A stretch of DNA of 64,000 nt from a bacterium (GTDB taxonomy: Bacteria > JAAXHH01). Below, in pieces: positions 29,538 to 39,302 of the stretch (position 1 is the stretch's first letter; the number at the start of each line of letters is the position of its first letter). Position numbers and translations under genes: made by a program. The notes beneath the pieces were generated by a model that did no database searches, was not told where the DNA came from, and saw only the letters and a list, made by a program, of their open reading frames with translations. Where the stretch lies: contig OY762445.1 in the NCBI GenBank assembly GCA_963665755.1, forward strand, positions 2,214,590-2,278,589, written 5' to 3'.

Positions 29538-31913
29538 ATGATCTCACGCCGATTCATCCCCCTGCTCGCCACAATTGTTACGTGCGCGTCGTTCCAGACC
29601 GTTGCGCCCGTCACCCATGCGCAGGACCAGCCACCGGGTCAGCCACAATCCAAGCGCCCGATTCGCGTCGAAGTCCCGCTTTTCGAGGGCGGCCAGGGGC
29701 TGGAGTTCTTCCTTGAGTGCGCCCGGACCTATGAACAGGAGCATGAGGGCGTAGTGATCGACCTCTACGGCGATCCCCGCATACACGACAAGGTGCGGGT
29801 GCGCATCCTGGAACGCTCCTTCCCCGAGGTCACCAATGCCCGCCTGAACTACTGGGCGCTCATCCGCAACGGCGACCTGCTGCCCCTGGACGAGTTTCTC
29901 GACCAGCCCAACTGGGAGGGGGACCGCACCTGGCGCGAATCTTTCCTGCCCGGTACCCTGACCCAGTACACGCACGAGGGTAAGACCTATGGCGTTCCCC
30001 TGATGGCGTCGGCCTACGCGGTGTGGTACAACAAGAACCTCTTCGAAGAATACGGCTGGAAACCGGCGACTACCTGGGAAGCGTTCTTTGCGCTTTGCGA
30101 AGAGATCAAGGCCGCCGGCATGTGGCCGCTCGCTTTCCAGGGCCGTTACCCGGGCTACGTGCAGGCCGTGATCGACCACGCATACTACCACCTCGCCGGA
30201 CCTGAAAGGTACTTCGACCAGAAGAACCTGGTACCCGGCAGTTTCGACAATCCCGAATTCGTCGAGTCCCTGTCCCTTGCGCAGCGGATCGCGCTCAACT
30301 ACTTCCAGCCGGGCGCCATGGGCATGAGCCACACCGAATCGCAGCTCGAATTCTTCCTGGGCCACACGGCCATGATCTTTTGCGGGTCGTGGCTCAAGAG
30401 CGAGATGCTGGGCAAAATACCTGACGGTTTCCGCCTGGGGTCCTTCAACCTGCCGGTAGCGCCCACTGGCAAGGCGGATCCCTCGGCCGTGTACGGCGGG
30501 TCCGGGTACTATTTCGTCATGAAGGACAGCGACAACCCGCTGGCCGGCGTCGAGTTCCTGCGATTCATGACCTCCCGGCGCATGGCCGGCCGATTCGCCC
30601 GGATGCGCGACATCCCCGTGTCCGTGGCCGGCGTATCCGAAGAGAACCTGTCGGAAGACATGGCCGACCTGGCGGCCATACTGAAGGACGCGGCCGTCAC
30701 CTACGGCACGCCGCCCGGGGAAGGCTATCCGGCCATGACGCAGTACTGGACCGACGCGCGCTTCCGCGTCATTACCGGACAGACCACGCCCGCCGAGGCC
30801 GCGGCGGAACTGGAAGCCAGCGCGGCCGTGGTCCTGCGCCAGACCGTATCCCCGGACGAGATCAATATCCGGCACGTGTGGAAGCCCGCCCTGCTGATCG
30901 GCCTCATGGCCCTGGCGGTGGTCTACTGGTCGGCCACGACCTACAGGCGCTACCGGGAACGCAGACGCGCCGGGATCAGCACCACGGAGGGCCGTCCCTT
31001 TCTGCGACGGACCGACCGAATCATCCTCATTGCACCCGCCCTCGTGCTGTACACGGTGTTCGTGATCATCCCGAGCGCGAAATCGTTCCTCTGGAGCCTG
31101 AACGAGTGGGACGGGCTGACCGAGATGCGGTTCACGGGCCTGCTCAACTTCGGCCGCCTGCTCTTCGAAAGCGACGGATTCTGGATCGCGCTGAACAACA
31201 ACCTGTTCATCATGTTCGTCATCCCGCTGTTCGTCATCCCGATTTCTCTCTTCCTGGCCGTATGCATCAGCCGGGAGATTCCGGGGTCGCGTTTCTTTCG
31301 CATCGCCTTCTTCTTCCCGAACATCCTCGGTGCCGTCGCGGCGACGCTCCTCTGGATGCACCTTTACAATCCCCAGGGCGGTCCGATCAATACCGCGCTG
31401 GTGGGAATCGGGGTGATCCTGTCCGCGGCCGGCTTCGAATCCGCGGGAAGCTGGCTGCAGGCCATGGAAGGGTTCGCCTGGCTGTCGCAATCCAACCTGT
31501 ACTGGGCGCTGATCCCCATGTCCATCTGGGGCGCGTGCGGTTTCAACATGATCCTCTTCCTGGCCGCCATGGAGAGCATTCCCCAGAGTCTCTACGAGGC
31601 GGCGGATATCGACGGCGCATCGTCGTGGCGGCAGTTCTGGACTATCACCCTGCCCCTGATCTGGGAGGTGTTGTCCATCTCCATCGTGTTCATGGTCATC
31701 GGGGGAATGAAGGTCTTCGAGTCCATATGGCTTTTGACCAACCAGTCGCCGACCACGCAGATGCACGTCATCGGCACGCTCATGGTGCAGGACATGTTTA
31801 CCGAGTTCAAGATCGGCGAAGCCACCGCCATCGCGGTGCTGCTGTTCATCATGGTCTTCTTCGGTACGGCCGCCACATTGAGACTCATGCGGAGGGAAAC
31901 GGTGGAATTCTGA
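29538..31913 (+). CDS. carbohydrate ABC transporter (CUT1 type): periplasmic solute-binding protein fused in one ORF to a MalF-like permease
   Basis: 791 aa: a signal peptide plus an SBP family-1 domain of about 440 aa. Then come a TM segment (HVWKPALLIGLMALAVVYW) and a six-helix permease with the EAA loop (EAADIDGASSWRQFWTITLP). It is one uninterrupted frame. Confidence 0.8.
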   Translation: MISRRFIPLLATIVTCASFQTVAPVTHAQDQPPGQPQSKRPIRVEVPLFEGGQGLEFFLECARTYEQEHEGVVIDLYGDPRIHDKVRVRILERSFPEVTNARLNYWALIRNGDLLPLDEFLDQPNWEGDRTWRESFLPGTLTQYTHEGKTYGVPLMASAYAVWYNKNLFEEYGWKPATTWEAFFALCEEIKAAGMWPLAFQGRYPGYVQAVIDHAYYHLAGPERYFDQKNLVPGSFDNPEFVESLSLAQRIALNYFQPGAMGMSHTESQLEFFLGHTAMIFCGSWLKSEMLGKIPDGFRLGSFNLPVAPTGKADPSAVYGGSGYYFVMKDSDNPLAGVEFLRFMTSRRMAGRFARMRDIPVSVAGVSEENLSEDMADLAAILKDAAVTYGTPPGEGYPAMTQYWTDARFRVITGQTTPAEAAAELEASAAVVLRQTVSPDEINIRHVWKPALLIGLMALAVVYWSATTYRRYRERRRAGISTTEGRPFLRRTDRIILIAPALVLYTVFVIIPSAKSFLWSLNEWDGLTEMRFTGLLNFGRLLFESDGFWIALNNNLFIMFVIPLFVIPISLFLAVCISREIPGSRFFRIAFFFPNILGAVAATLLWMHLYNPQGGPINTALVGIGVILSAAGFESAGSWLQAMEGFAWLSQSNLYWALIPMSIWGACGFNMILFLAAMESIPQSLYEAADIDGASSWRQFWTITLPLIWEVLSISIVFMVIGGMKVFESIWLLTNQSPTTQMHVIGTLMVQDMFTEFKIGEATAIAVLLFIMVFFGTAATLRLMRRETVEF

Positions 31914-31956
31914 TGATTCGGGCGAGAACGAAGCAGCGAACGACCGTGAGGTTCTG

Positions 31957-32877
31957 ATGGCGGGGACAAAAGAAATGAAACAGGCTGGAGATAACGACCG
32001 GACGGGCGAAACGAGTCCGAAGGGAAAAAAGCGCCGGACAGCGGCCCGGAATCTTGTTATTTACCCGATCCTGCTCGGTTACCTGGTCATCGTGGTCTAC
32101 CCCATGGCCTGGCTGCTTTACACGTCGCTCAAGACGGACCGGGAGATCTTCCTGGCGCCCTTCACGCTGCCGGACTGGGCGGACCTGCAATGGATCAACT
32201 TTTCGCGGGCATGGACGGTGGGGCAATTCGGAGACTATTTCCTGAACAGCGTGGTGCTGACGGTCCTGACCGTGATCCTGTCCCTGCTCTTCGCGGCCAT
32301 GGCGGCCTATGCCCTCTCGCGGTTCCGCTTCTTCGGCGCACGGCCGTTGTTCTTCTTCTTCCTGGCCGGCCTGATGGTGCCGTTGCAACTGGCCATCGTA
32401 CCGCTATTCTTCCAGATGAAGGACCTGATGCTGCTCAACTCCCGGCTGGGGCTGCTGATTGTCTACATCGCCTTCGGTATGCCCTTCGCCATCTTCATCC
32501 TGGCGGGGTTCTTCAAATCGCTGCCGTCGGGCCTTCATGAATCGGCACTGATGGATGGAGCCGGCGAACTGCGTGCCTTCTGGCACATCATGCTGCCGCT
32601 GGCCAAGCCTGCCCTGGTCACCGTGGGCATCTTTGCCTTCCTCGGCACCTGGAACGAATTCTTCATGGCCTTCATGTTCCTGTCGGGCGAAAACGCCGAA
32701 AGCCTGCGCACCCTTCCGCTGGGCTTAGCCAACATAACCATCGTGAGCCAGTACCGCAGCGACTGGGGCATGGCCTTCGCCGGCCTGGTCCTCATGATGC
32801 TGCCCACCATGGTGGTCTATGCCCTGCTACAGCGGCAGGTGACCCGGGGGATCACGGTGGGAGCGCTTAAGGGGTGA
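31957..32877 (+). CDS. carbohydrate ABC transporter permease (MalG-like)
   Basis: A polytopic membrane protein with the EAA motif (ESALMDGAGELRAFWHIMLP). It directly follows the SBP-permease fusion. Confidence 0.85.
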   Translation: MAGTKEMKQAGDNDRTGETSPKGKKRRTAARNLVIYPILLGYLVIVVYPMAWLLYTSLKTDREIFLAPFTLPDWADLQWINFSRAWTVGQFGDYFLNSVVLTVLTVILSLLFAAMAAYALSRFRFFGARPLFFFFLAGLMVPLQLAIVPLFFQMKDLMLLNSRLGLLIVYIAFGMPFAIFILAGFFKSLPSGLHESALMDGAGELRAFWHIMLPLAKPALVTVGIFAFLGTWNEFFMAFMFLSGENAESLRTLPLGLANITIVSQYRSDWGMAFAGLVLMMLPTMVVYALLQRQVTRGITVGALKG

Positions 32878-32883
32878 CGCTCA

Positions 32884-32960
32884 AAGTTCTGGTATATGGC
32901 TGAACGAGGTATGGGCCGAACGAGGTATATGGCTGAACGAGGTATGGGGCTGTGCGTGCA
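32884..32960. repeat. short tandem repeat (about 17-18-nt unit 'gaacgaggtat(a)tggc(t/c)' x3-4) in the intergenic region
   Basis: Direct reading: ...tggtatatggctgaacgaggtatgggccgaacgaggtatatggctgaacgaggtatggggctg... Confidence 0.7.
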
Positions 32961-33132
32961 CGAGATAAATACGGGCGTCCTCGAGATGATTGGATCCATC
33001 AATGCGTCTGAGGACCAGGCAGTTTTGAGTCGGCAGATGACCATACCGTTAGTCGCCTTTAGATTCTATAACGTCAGCCCAACAGAGACACGATAGGGAA
33101 ACCTGAGAGCAAATTTCAGGGACGGGCAGATC

Positions 33133-34722
33133 ATGCTAAACGATACACAGCCTACAGAGCAGATCATGCCAAACGATACACAGCCTACAGATACGACCTG
33201 GTACTGCATTCGTCGGAATGGCATTGCAAAAAACGAAGGCTGGATTGGCAATGTCACGCTGGATGACTTGCCGAATCAGGTGGGCGTAGAACCAGGTGAT
33301 TCGATTGAAGTTTGTATAGCCAGGGATTTTCAAACTGTGCCGACCGACCGTATATCCAGCTTCTTCTACAACCGGGTCCGCGGCATTGTCGGCCTGGAGA
33401 TGGCCTACGGTGATGAGACCTTGCGAATCGCGCCTACTCGAATGATCGCCGCGAATCTCGGGTTTGCCCGGGCCATGGAGAGATTCCGTCAACAATTAAA
33501 CATAAGCGTTGAAGAATTCGCCGCCGACGGCAGGCTGCGAGTCTTTTCCGCCAGACAGGTCCTGATGCCGGATGGTGGGATAGGCGACAGGACCGAACTG
33601 TATCGTGGATCAACACTCGTGACCGAGGTCCCCTCGGATGGCAGGGACCGAGCTGAGGTCCTGGCCTGTGGGATCGGTCGGTGGATGCTTCGAAACATGT
33701 CCGAGGATGGCGCGTTGCCCTACAAGTACTGGCCCAGTCGGGGTAAAGAATCTCCGGCCGATAACGCCATCCGCCGGTTTCTTGCATCCCTGGCTCTTGA
33801 ACGTCTCGGTGGATATTACGATGACAAAGAGATGCGTGAGGTGGCCCGGCGCAACTTGGGCTTCAATCTTAAGCGGTATTTCAGGGACATCGGCAGGGGA
33901 AGAGGCGCCATTGTGGAACCAACGGGAGCGAAGCTTGGCGCGGCGGCGCTGGCCGCTTTGTGTATACTGGAGAGCCCGGCATTCAGTGATTTCAAGACCG
34001 AGTACGACATGCTGACAGCAGGTGTGAACTCACTTGCGGATAAGGATATGGGATTTCGTACATTCTTCTTTCCACCCGAACGCGATGGCGAGAACTGGAA
34101 TTTCTATTCCGGGGAAGCACTACTGTTCTGGGCCGAGGCCATGCGCCATGGCGCGCCGGGCGCCCCGACGCTGGAACGCTGCGCCGAGACCTTTGAAAAG
34201 TGCCGGGATCGGCATATACAGGCACGGAACCCCGCCTTCGTTCCGTGGCATATACAGGCCTGCGCATCCCTGTTCGAACAAACACGGCGGCGTGAGTTCG
34301 TCGATTTTGTGTTTGAGATCAGCGATTGGCTACTGCCAATGCAGCAGTGGGACGGGATGTTGCCGGACCTTCGCGGTCGGTTCTACAATCCAAAACGACC
34401 GGATTTTGGACCTCCACACGCGGCTTCCACCGGAGCCTACCTCGAAGGTCTTGCGGACGCCTCGATGTTGGCGCAAATGGTAGGAGACGGTCCCCGCTCT
34501 AATGCATACCAACGAGTCGTAAACCGTGGGCTGCGTTCTCTACGTCAACTGCAGTTCCGCGACGCATGCGACACTTTCTATATTTCAAAGAAACACCGTG
34601 TCATGGGCGCGATCCGTACGGAAGCTTACGACAATTCAGTACGCGTCGACTCCGCAGCGCACGCTCTGATCGCCGTGGTAAAACTGCTGAAATCGGGACG
34701 TATTCATTCGGTCAGCGTGTAG
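33133..34722 (+). CDS. hypothetical protein (possibly an alpha-helical toroid enzyme linked to the adjacent sugar transporter). The N-terminus carries a 30-nt tandem duplication.
   Basis: A 529-aa ORF with no motif I can assign. Its first 20 codons are an imperfect direct duplication (MLNDTQPTEQ / IMPNDTQPTD), so the second Met (33166) may be the true start. Confidence 0.45.
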   Translation: MLNDTQPTEQIMPNDTQPTDTTWYCIRRNGIAKNEGWIGNVTLDDLPNQVGVEPGDSIEVCIARDFQTVPTDRISSFFYNRVRGIVGLEMAYGDETLRIAPTRMIAANLGFARAMERFRQQLNISVEEFAADGRLRVFSARQVLMPDGGIGDRTELYRGSTLVTEVPSDGRDRAEVLACGIGRWMLRNMSEDGALPYKYWPSRGKESPADNAIRRFLASLALERLGGYYDDKEMREVARRNLGFNLKRYFRDIGRGRGAIVEPTGAKLGAAALAALCILESPAFSDFKTEYDMLTAGVNSLADKDMGFRTFFFPPERDGENWNFYSGEALLFWAEAMRHGAPGAPTLERCAETFEKCRDRHIQARNPAFVPWHIQACASLFEQTRRREFVDFVFEISDWLLPMQQWDGMLPDLRGRFYNPKRPDFGPPHAASTGAYLEGLADASMLAQMVGDGPRSNAYQRVVNRGLRSLRQLQFRDACDTFYISKKHRVMGAIRTEAYDNSVRVDSAAHALIAVVKLLKSGRIHSVSV

Positions 34723-35339
34723 ACGAAGAACCCGCGTCCTGATTCCGGCAGCACGTCGAAAATCAAGTGCACCCGCGGTTCGTTTGTCGGGTTTCTCGCT
34801 TCGTGCAGCGCCTTGTTGTCGAACACCCACAGCTCGCCTTCCCGCATCACGATAGTTTCACCCTCTGCGGTCAACGGACTCCCCTCCGGGCTCCTCAGCA
34901 CAAGGTGGTACCGATCACGTATTCGGTAGTAAGCGCCGGCGTCGGTATGAGGTCGAACCCACCCCTGAGGTTGCAAGGATACCAGTGTAGCGCGTCCAAG
35001 TTCGCCCCGCTGAAGCGTAGCGATTTCTTCACAGAACGCCAGCGTTCGGGGGAATCTCTTAGCAGTAGCGGTAGTGCGACTGCCATGGACGTCGTTGGCG
35101 TTTTTCGCTCCTGGAGGCAGTGGTTTTTTTGCGGTACGCAGAAAGATATTCTGGGTGTCGCGTTGACAACGAACCTTGCGCTGCCGGCTGGTATCGGCGA
35201 ACCACAGATCTGGTACTGCAGCCAATTCCAGCATTAACGGTTCAATATCGATGTCCGTCGCGATCCGGGTGAAACGCTTTCCTGCCGGTGACGCATCGTT
35301 TGATTCTTTACCGGAAATCACATCGATCTTTTGTAACAC
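34704..35339 (-). CDS. cupin-fold Fe(II)/2OG oxygenase, aspartyl/asparaginyl beta-hydroxylase-like
   Basis: A 211-aa ORF with an H-x-D...H arrangement (RPHTDAG ... [12 protein letters not shown]) resembling the AspH/LpxO-type hydroxylase family. Confidence 0.5.
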   Translation of the reverse strand: MLQKIDVISGKESNDASPAGKRFTRIATDIDIEPLMLELAAVPDLWFADTSRQRKVRCQRDTQNIFLRTAKKPLPPGAKNANDVHGSRTTATAKRFPRTLAFCEEIATLQRGELGRATLVSLQPQGWVRPHTDAGAYYRIRDRYHLVLRSPEGSPLTAEGETIVMREGELWVFDNKALHEARNPTNEPRVHLIFDVLPESGRGFFVYTLTE

Positions 35340-35474
35340 AAACGACCACCCTTACCGCCGAATACCAATGAGAATGATCATCAATATCACGGTATTCAAC
35401 TCAAGTAGTTTCCATGGGGGGAGTCAGCTCAACAGGTCTAAAATTACACGCTCGGTTACACATCCAGCCATGAA

Positions 35475-35966
35475 TCAGTTATCATCATCGTCATCGTCGT
35501 CGCCGTCATCGTCATCGTCGCCGTCACCGTCCCCATCGCCATCACCATCGCCGTCACCATCTCCGTCACCATCGCCATCTCCGTCACCATCGCCGTCGCC
35601 ATCGCCGTCACCGTCTCCGTCACCATCGCCATCACCATCCCCGTCACCATCGCCGTCCCCATCGCCGTCACCATCGCCACTGGGCGGTGGACTTAACACT
35701 TCGTCGCCATCGCCGTCCCCATCGCCATCGCCGTCCCCGTCGCCGTCACCATCACCGTCTCCGTCGCCATCACCGTCCCCATCTCCATCGCCGCTACCAC
35801 CCGGACCCTGGGAACTCCCCACCTGATTCGCACTCGCGGCGAATCCAGACCCTGATCCCATGGGGTTCAGATCGTTGTCGCCTCTGCAACCCAGGATCAT
35901 GAGCAACGAAGCGACAGTCAGTTGCAGTCTTCGCAACCATTGCATTATATTTCGGCAAAATGCCAT
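35475..35966 (-). CDS. lipoprotein with a long C-terminal (Gly-Asp)n acidic dipeptide repeat tail, a candidate Ca2+-binding surface protein
   Basis: The minus frame gives a signal peptide ending in the lipobox LMILGC. A short Gly/Ser linker follows, then about 50 consecutive GD dipeptides and a poly-Asp end. The plus-strand reading of the same DNA (SPSPSP...) lacks any start context and is rejected. Confidence 0.6.
   Translation of the reverse strand: MAFCRNIMQWLRRLQLTVASLLMILGCRGDNDLNPMGSGSGFAASANQVGSSQGPGGSGDGDGDGDGDGDGDGDGDGDGDGDGDGDGDEVLSPPPSGDGDGDGDGDGDGDGDGDGDGDGDGDGDGDGDGDGDGDGDGDGDGDGDGDGDGDDDDDGDDDDDDDN
35500..35810. repeat. about 300-bp hexanucleotide microsatellite (GGCGAY/GGTGAC)n inside the GD-repeat lipoprotein gene
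   Basis: Near-perfect 6-nt periodicity is visible over about 310 nt. There are no interspersed unique spacers, so it is not a CRISPR array. Confidence 0.9.
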
Positions 35967-36306
35967 GGCACGCTACCTATTTGCCGGTTTGGAAATATAG
36001 AACAGGAGTGGTATTTGATTGCCAATCGGAGCGCACACCATCATGAGGATTCCTACCTTTGCCGTGACAGGATGTAGGGAACGTCACGGCAGACACAGAT
36101 TGTAGGTAATGTTATGTATACTAATTATAACTGGATTCCAGTTTGGATGTCAAATATTTAGACTTCAAGAAGATCACAAGACCTTTACATGACACAGTAA
36201 ACCGTCCACTTTAGCCTGTTCGATTCCTATCACAGCAACTATGAATACGGCACCGAGGCGACGGCGACAGTCCTGGCCTTGCATACACCGGTGTATTTAA
36301 GAGGTA

Positions 36307-36666
36307 CTACGGCTTGCCGATCCATTCCGGATCCGGCGTGATGCTCGTCTCCGGCGGCGGCCCCGTATCGGTCCATTCTTCCTCGTTCTCCAGCAGGAAT
36401 CCAGGTTCGACCGACATGTCGTGATCGCAGATGATCTGGCAGGACAACCTTACTTCGCCGACCAGTCCTTTCTCGGAAAGCACCGCGTGCTCGGCCGCGG
36501 TCATCGTGTCCGGCTCGCCTTCGGAGAAAGATACCCGGCAGGTAGTACACTTGGCATTTCCGCCGCAGCGATGACCGATATTCACCCCGGTGCCCTCGAT
36601 CGCCAGCACCAGACGCTGCCCGGAATCGACCTCGTTCTCCACTCCGTTGACGGTAAGTTTCGGCAT
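36307..36666 (-). CDS. [2Fe-2S] ferredoxin (plant/adrenodoxin-like fold)
   Basis: Four-cysteine pattern C-x5-C-x2-C...C (HRCGGNAKCTTCRV ... LSCQIIC). 119 aa. Confidence 0.75.
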   Translation of the reverse strand: MPKLTVNGVENEVDSGQRLVLAIEGTGVNIGHRCGGNAKCTTCRVSFSEGEPDTMTAAEHAVLSEKGLVGEVRLSCQIICDHDMSVEPGFLLENEEEWTDTGPPPETSITPDPEWIGKP

Positions 36667-36744
36667 GATACCATGTTCCTTTCGGGTGTATGTTTCCGTG
36701 ATGTGAGTGATCTACTGACGGTTCATGAAGAAAGCGATATTCGA

Positions 36745-37542
36745 TCAGTCCCCGGGAACGAATCCCAGCCGGTCCCGCGTATGTTCCAGGTCCACCCAGC
36801 GATGCGGTCCGTCGGTTACAGCGTAGCACACCTCGTAGACCGGATTCTCCGTGGCCTGCAGGGCCAGTTCGATGATCCGCGTGATGTCCGCCTGGCTGCA
36901 CCAGACCGATCGCAGGAAGGGTTCGGTTGCCTCGTTCTCCTTGTTGACCCATCCGATACGAAGGCAGACGACGGAAAAATCGTGGGCATCATGGTAGGTG
37001 CGGCAGATCCCCTCGCCCCAGATCTTGCTGGCGGAATAGGGTTCCGTGGGCCGCGGCGGATCAGTGACCCTGACGATGGGCATGGGATCGGGCAGCCCGT
37101 CGAGGCGTCCCTTCAGGAGCGACACGTACGGTTCGTCGAATTGACCGTATCCCCAGCTCGCCATGACGGAACTCGCGTAGATCAATCGCCTGATGCCCTG
37201 TTCCCGGCAGACCTCCAGCACGTTGTAGGTACCCCGGATGTTGGCGTCCAGAATGGTCTCGAAGGACGCGCCCGGATCGGGGACGGCGCCGAGATGGACC
37301 ACGGCGTCCATGCCCTCGAGCGCCCTGGATACGGCATCGCGATCGGTCAGATCGGCCAGTGAGAATCGATCTTCCGGGATGCGCAGGAGATCCTCGTCGT
37401 CGATGCGGTCCGACGACACGGTCCGGCGGCCGCTGCCGTAGACTTCGTATTCGCCATTGCCGTTCAGATGGCGGTAGGTCAGGTTGCCGATCAGCCCGTA
37501 CGCTCCTGTTACGTGGACCTTCAAGGGTGTTCCTTCGCTCAT
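36745..37542 (-). CDS. NAD(P)-dependent epimerase/dehydratase (extended SDR family)
   Basis: The N-terminal Rossmann motif is TGAYGLIGN and the catalytic YxxxK is YSASK. 265 aa. Confidence 0.8.
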   Translation of the reverse strand: MSEGTPLKVHVTGAYGLIGNLTYRHLNGNGEYEVYGSGRRTVSSDRIDDEDLLRIPEDRFSLADLTDRDAVSRALEGMDAVVHLGAVPDPGASFETILDANIRGTYNVLEVCREQGIRRLIYASSVMASWGYGQFDEPYVSLLKGRLDGLPDPMPIVRVTDPPRPTEPYSASKIWGEGICRTYHDAHDFSVVCLRIGWVNKENEATEPFLRSVWCSQADITRIIELALQATENPVYEVCYAVTDGPHRWVDLEHTRDRLGFVPGD

Positions 37543-37670
37543 CGAATCCTCCAGTTTAACATCGGCAGATTTGTCGTACTACATCTCCAACTTACGATTA
37601 CGCAAAAGTCGAATCATGCCTGATTTAGATGTCTCGCTCTTCAGTCTGTGAATTTCGGTAATGGCCCGGC

Positions 37671-39302
37671 TCAGGCCTCGTCCATGAAAGGATAGCGCCA
37701 GTCCGTCGGCGGGACCATGGTTTCCTTGATTGTCCGGGCGCTCATCCACCGCAGCAGGTTTAATGGACTGCCCGCCTTGTCGTTCGTTCCGGACGCCCGA
37801 GCCCCACCGAAGGGCTGTTGTCCGACAACGGCCCCGGTGGGCTTGTCGTTGACGTAGAAATTGCCGGCCGCGTTGCGGAGCGCGTCCGATATGCGGACGA
37901 TGGCTTCGCGGTCCTGCGCGAAGACGGAGCCGGTCAGGGCGTAGGGCGAGGTGCCGTCGCAGAGCGACAGGGTCTCGTCCAGCCGGTCATCCTCGTATAC
38001 GTATATGGTCAACACGGGCCCGAAGATCTCTTCTTCCATGGTCCTGAACCGCGGGTTCGTCGTGACTATGGTCGTCGGTTCGACGAACCAGCCGCGCTCG
38101 CGGTCGCAGCCGCCGCCGGTGATGATCTCGGCGTCATCCGCCGACCGGGCGTAGTCGATGTAACCGGCGATATTGTCGAAGGACGCCTCATCGATCACGG
38201 CCGCCATGAAGTTGGTGAAATCCTCGGGACCGCCCATCCTGATCTGCGCGACTTCCGACGTGAACCGCTCCCTGAAAGCCGGCCACAGGGAACGGGGTAT
38301 GTACATCCGGGAGGCCGCGGAACACTTCTGTCCCTGGTATTCGAAGGCGCCGCGTACCGCCGCCGCGACGAGGGCTTCCACGTCCGCCGAGGCGTGGACG
38401 AAGATGAAGTCCTTTCCGCCCGTCTCGCCCACGATACGGGGGTAGTGCTTCATGCGCTCGAGGTTGCCCGCCACGGTACGGTACATCTGCTGAAAGGTCT
38501 CTGTCGAGCCGGTGAAATGGATCCCCGCCAGGTCCGGGCTGTTCAGCACCGGATCGCCCACTTCGGCCCCGGATCCCGGGATGAAGTTGATCACTCCGGA
38601 GGGGAGCCCGGCTTCCTGTAGCAACTGCATCACGTACCAGGCCGAGTAGACGGCCGAGGATGCCGGTTTCCAGAGGACCGTACAGCCGGTCAGCGCCGGC
38701 GCCGTGGGCAGGTTGCCGCCGATGGCCGTGAAATTGAACGGGGTTACGGCGAAGACAAACCCCTCGAGGGCCCGGTACTCCAGTCGGTTCCACACCCCGA
38801 CGGAGGATGCCGGCTGGTCGCTCATGAGCTGCGCCAGGTAGCTGACGTTAAACCGCCAGAAATCGATCAGTTCGCAGGCGGAGTCGATCTCGGCCTGGTA
38901 GATCGTCTTAGATTGGCCCAGTATGGTGGCGGCGTTGACCGTCTGGCGCCAGGGGCCGGCAAGCAGGTCGGCCGCTTTCATGATCACCGACGCCCGCTGT
39001 TCCCAGGGCATATCCGCCCAAGCCGAACGGGCTTCCAGGGCCACGTCGATCGCCATGCGAACCTCGGCCTCGCCCGCTTTGTGATAGACGCCGAGATTGA
39101 GCGTGTGATCATGAGGCGCTCGCAGCGGAGCTGTGTTGCCCGTCTTCACTTCCCGTCCGCCAATGATCAGCGGAACCTCGACAGGCGTGGATTTCAGCTC
39201 GCTGAGCTTCGCCTTGACGGCGGCTCGTTCGACCGATCCGGGCGCGTAGTCCAGTACCGGTTCGTTGTAGGGCTGAGGCGGGTTGAAGCGTGCGTTGGCC
39301 AT
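37671..39302 (-). CDS. L-glutamate gamma-semialdehyde (1-pyrroline-5-carboxylate) dehydrogenase, ALDH superfamily
   Basis: An ALDH fold with catalytic Cys (GQKCSAAS) and Glu (ELGG-equivalent 'GETGGKD'). The N-terminus MANARFNPPQPYNEPVLDYAPGSVERAAV is characteristic of monofunctional P5C dehydrogenases. The start was moved to ATG 39302 and the 77-codon upstream extension is rejected. Confidence 0.85.
   Translation of the reverse strand: MANARFNPPQPYNEPVLDYAPGSVERAAVKAKLSELKSTPVEVPLIIGGREVKTGNTAPLRAPHDHTLNLGVYHKAGEAEVRMAIDVALEARSAWADMPWEQRASVIMKAADLLAGPWRQTVNAATILGQSKTIYQAEIDSACELIDFWRFNVSYLAQLMSDQPASSVGVWNRLEYRALEGFVFAVTPFNFTAIGGNLPTAPALTGCTVLWKPASSAVYSAWYVMQLLQEAGLPSGVINFIPGSGAEVGDPVLNSPDLAGIHFTGSTETFQQMYRTVAGNLERMKHYPRIVGETGGKDFIFVHASADVEALVAAAVRGAFEYQGQKCSAASRMYIPRSLWPAFRERFTSEVAQIRMGGPEDFTNFMAAVIDEASFDNIAGYIDYARSADDAEIITGGGCDRERGWFVEPTTIVTTNPRFRTMEEEIFGPVLTIYVYEDDRLDETLSLCDGTSPYALTGSVFAQDREAIVRISDALRNAAGNFYVNDKPTGAVVGQQPFGGARASGTNDKAGSPLNLLRWMSARTIKETMVPPTDWRYPFMDEA

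Noticed and set aside
29544-31766. 740-aa minus-strand ORF antisense to the SBP-permease fusion gene
   Set aside because: Shadow ORF, Arg/Gly-rich with no domain signatures.
35500-35810. Possible CRISPR array suggested by strong periodic repetition
   Set aside because: The period is 6 nt with no unique spacers, and no cas genes are nearby. It is a coding microsatellite.
35176-35826. Plus-strand ORF reading the hexanucleotide repeat as (SP)n / SPSPSP…
   Set aside because: There is no plausible start context or signal peptide on this strand. The minus strand gives a signal peptide with a lipobox immediately followed by the repeat, a coherent lipoprotein architecture.
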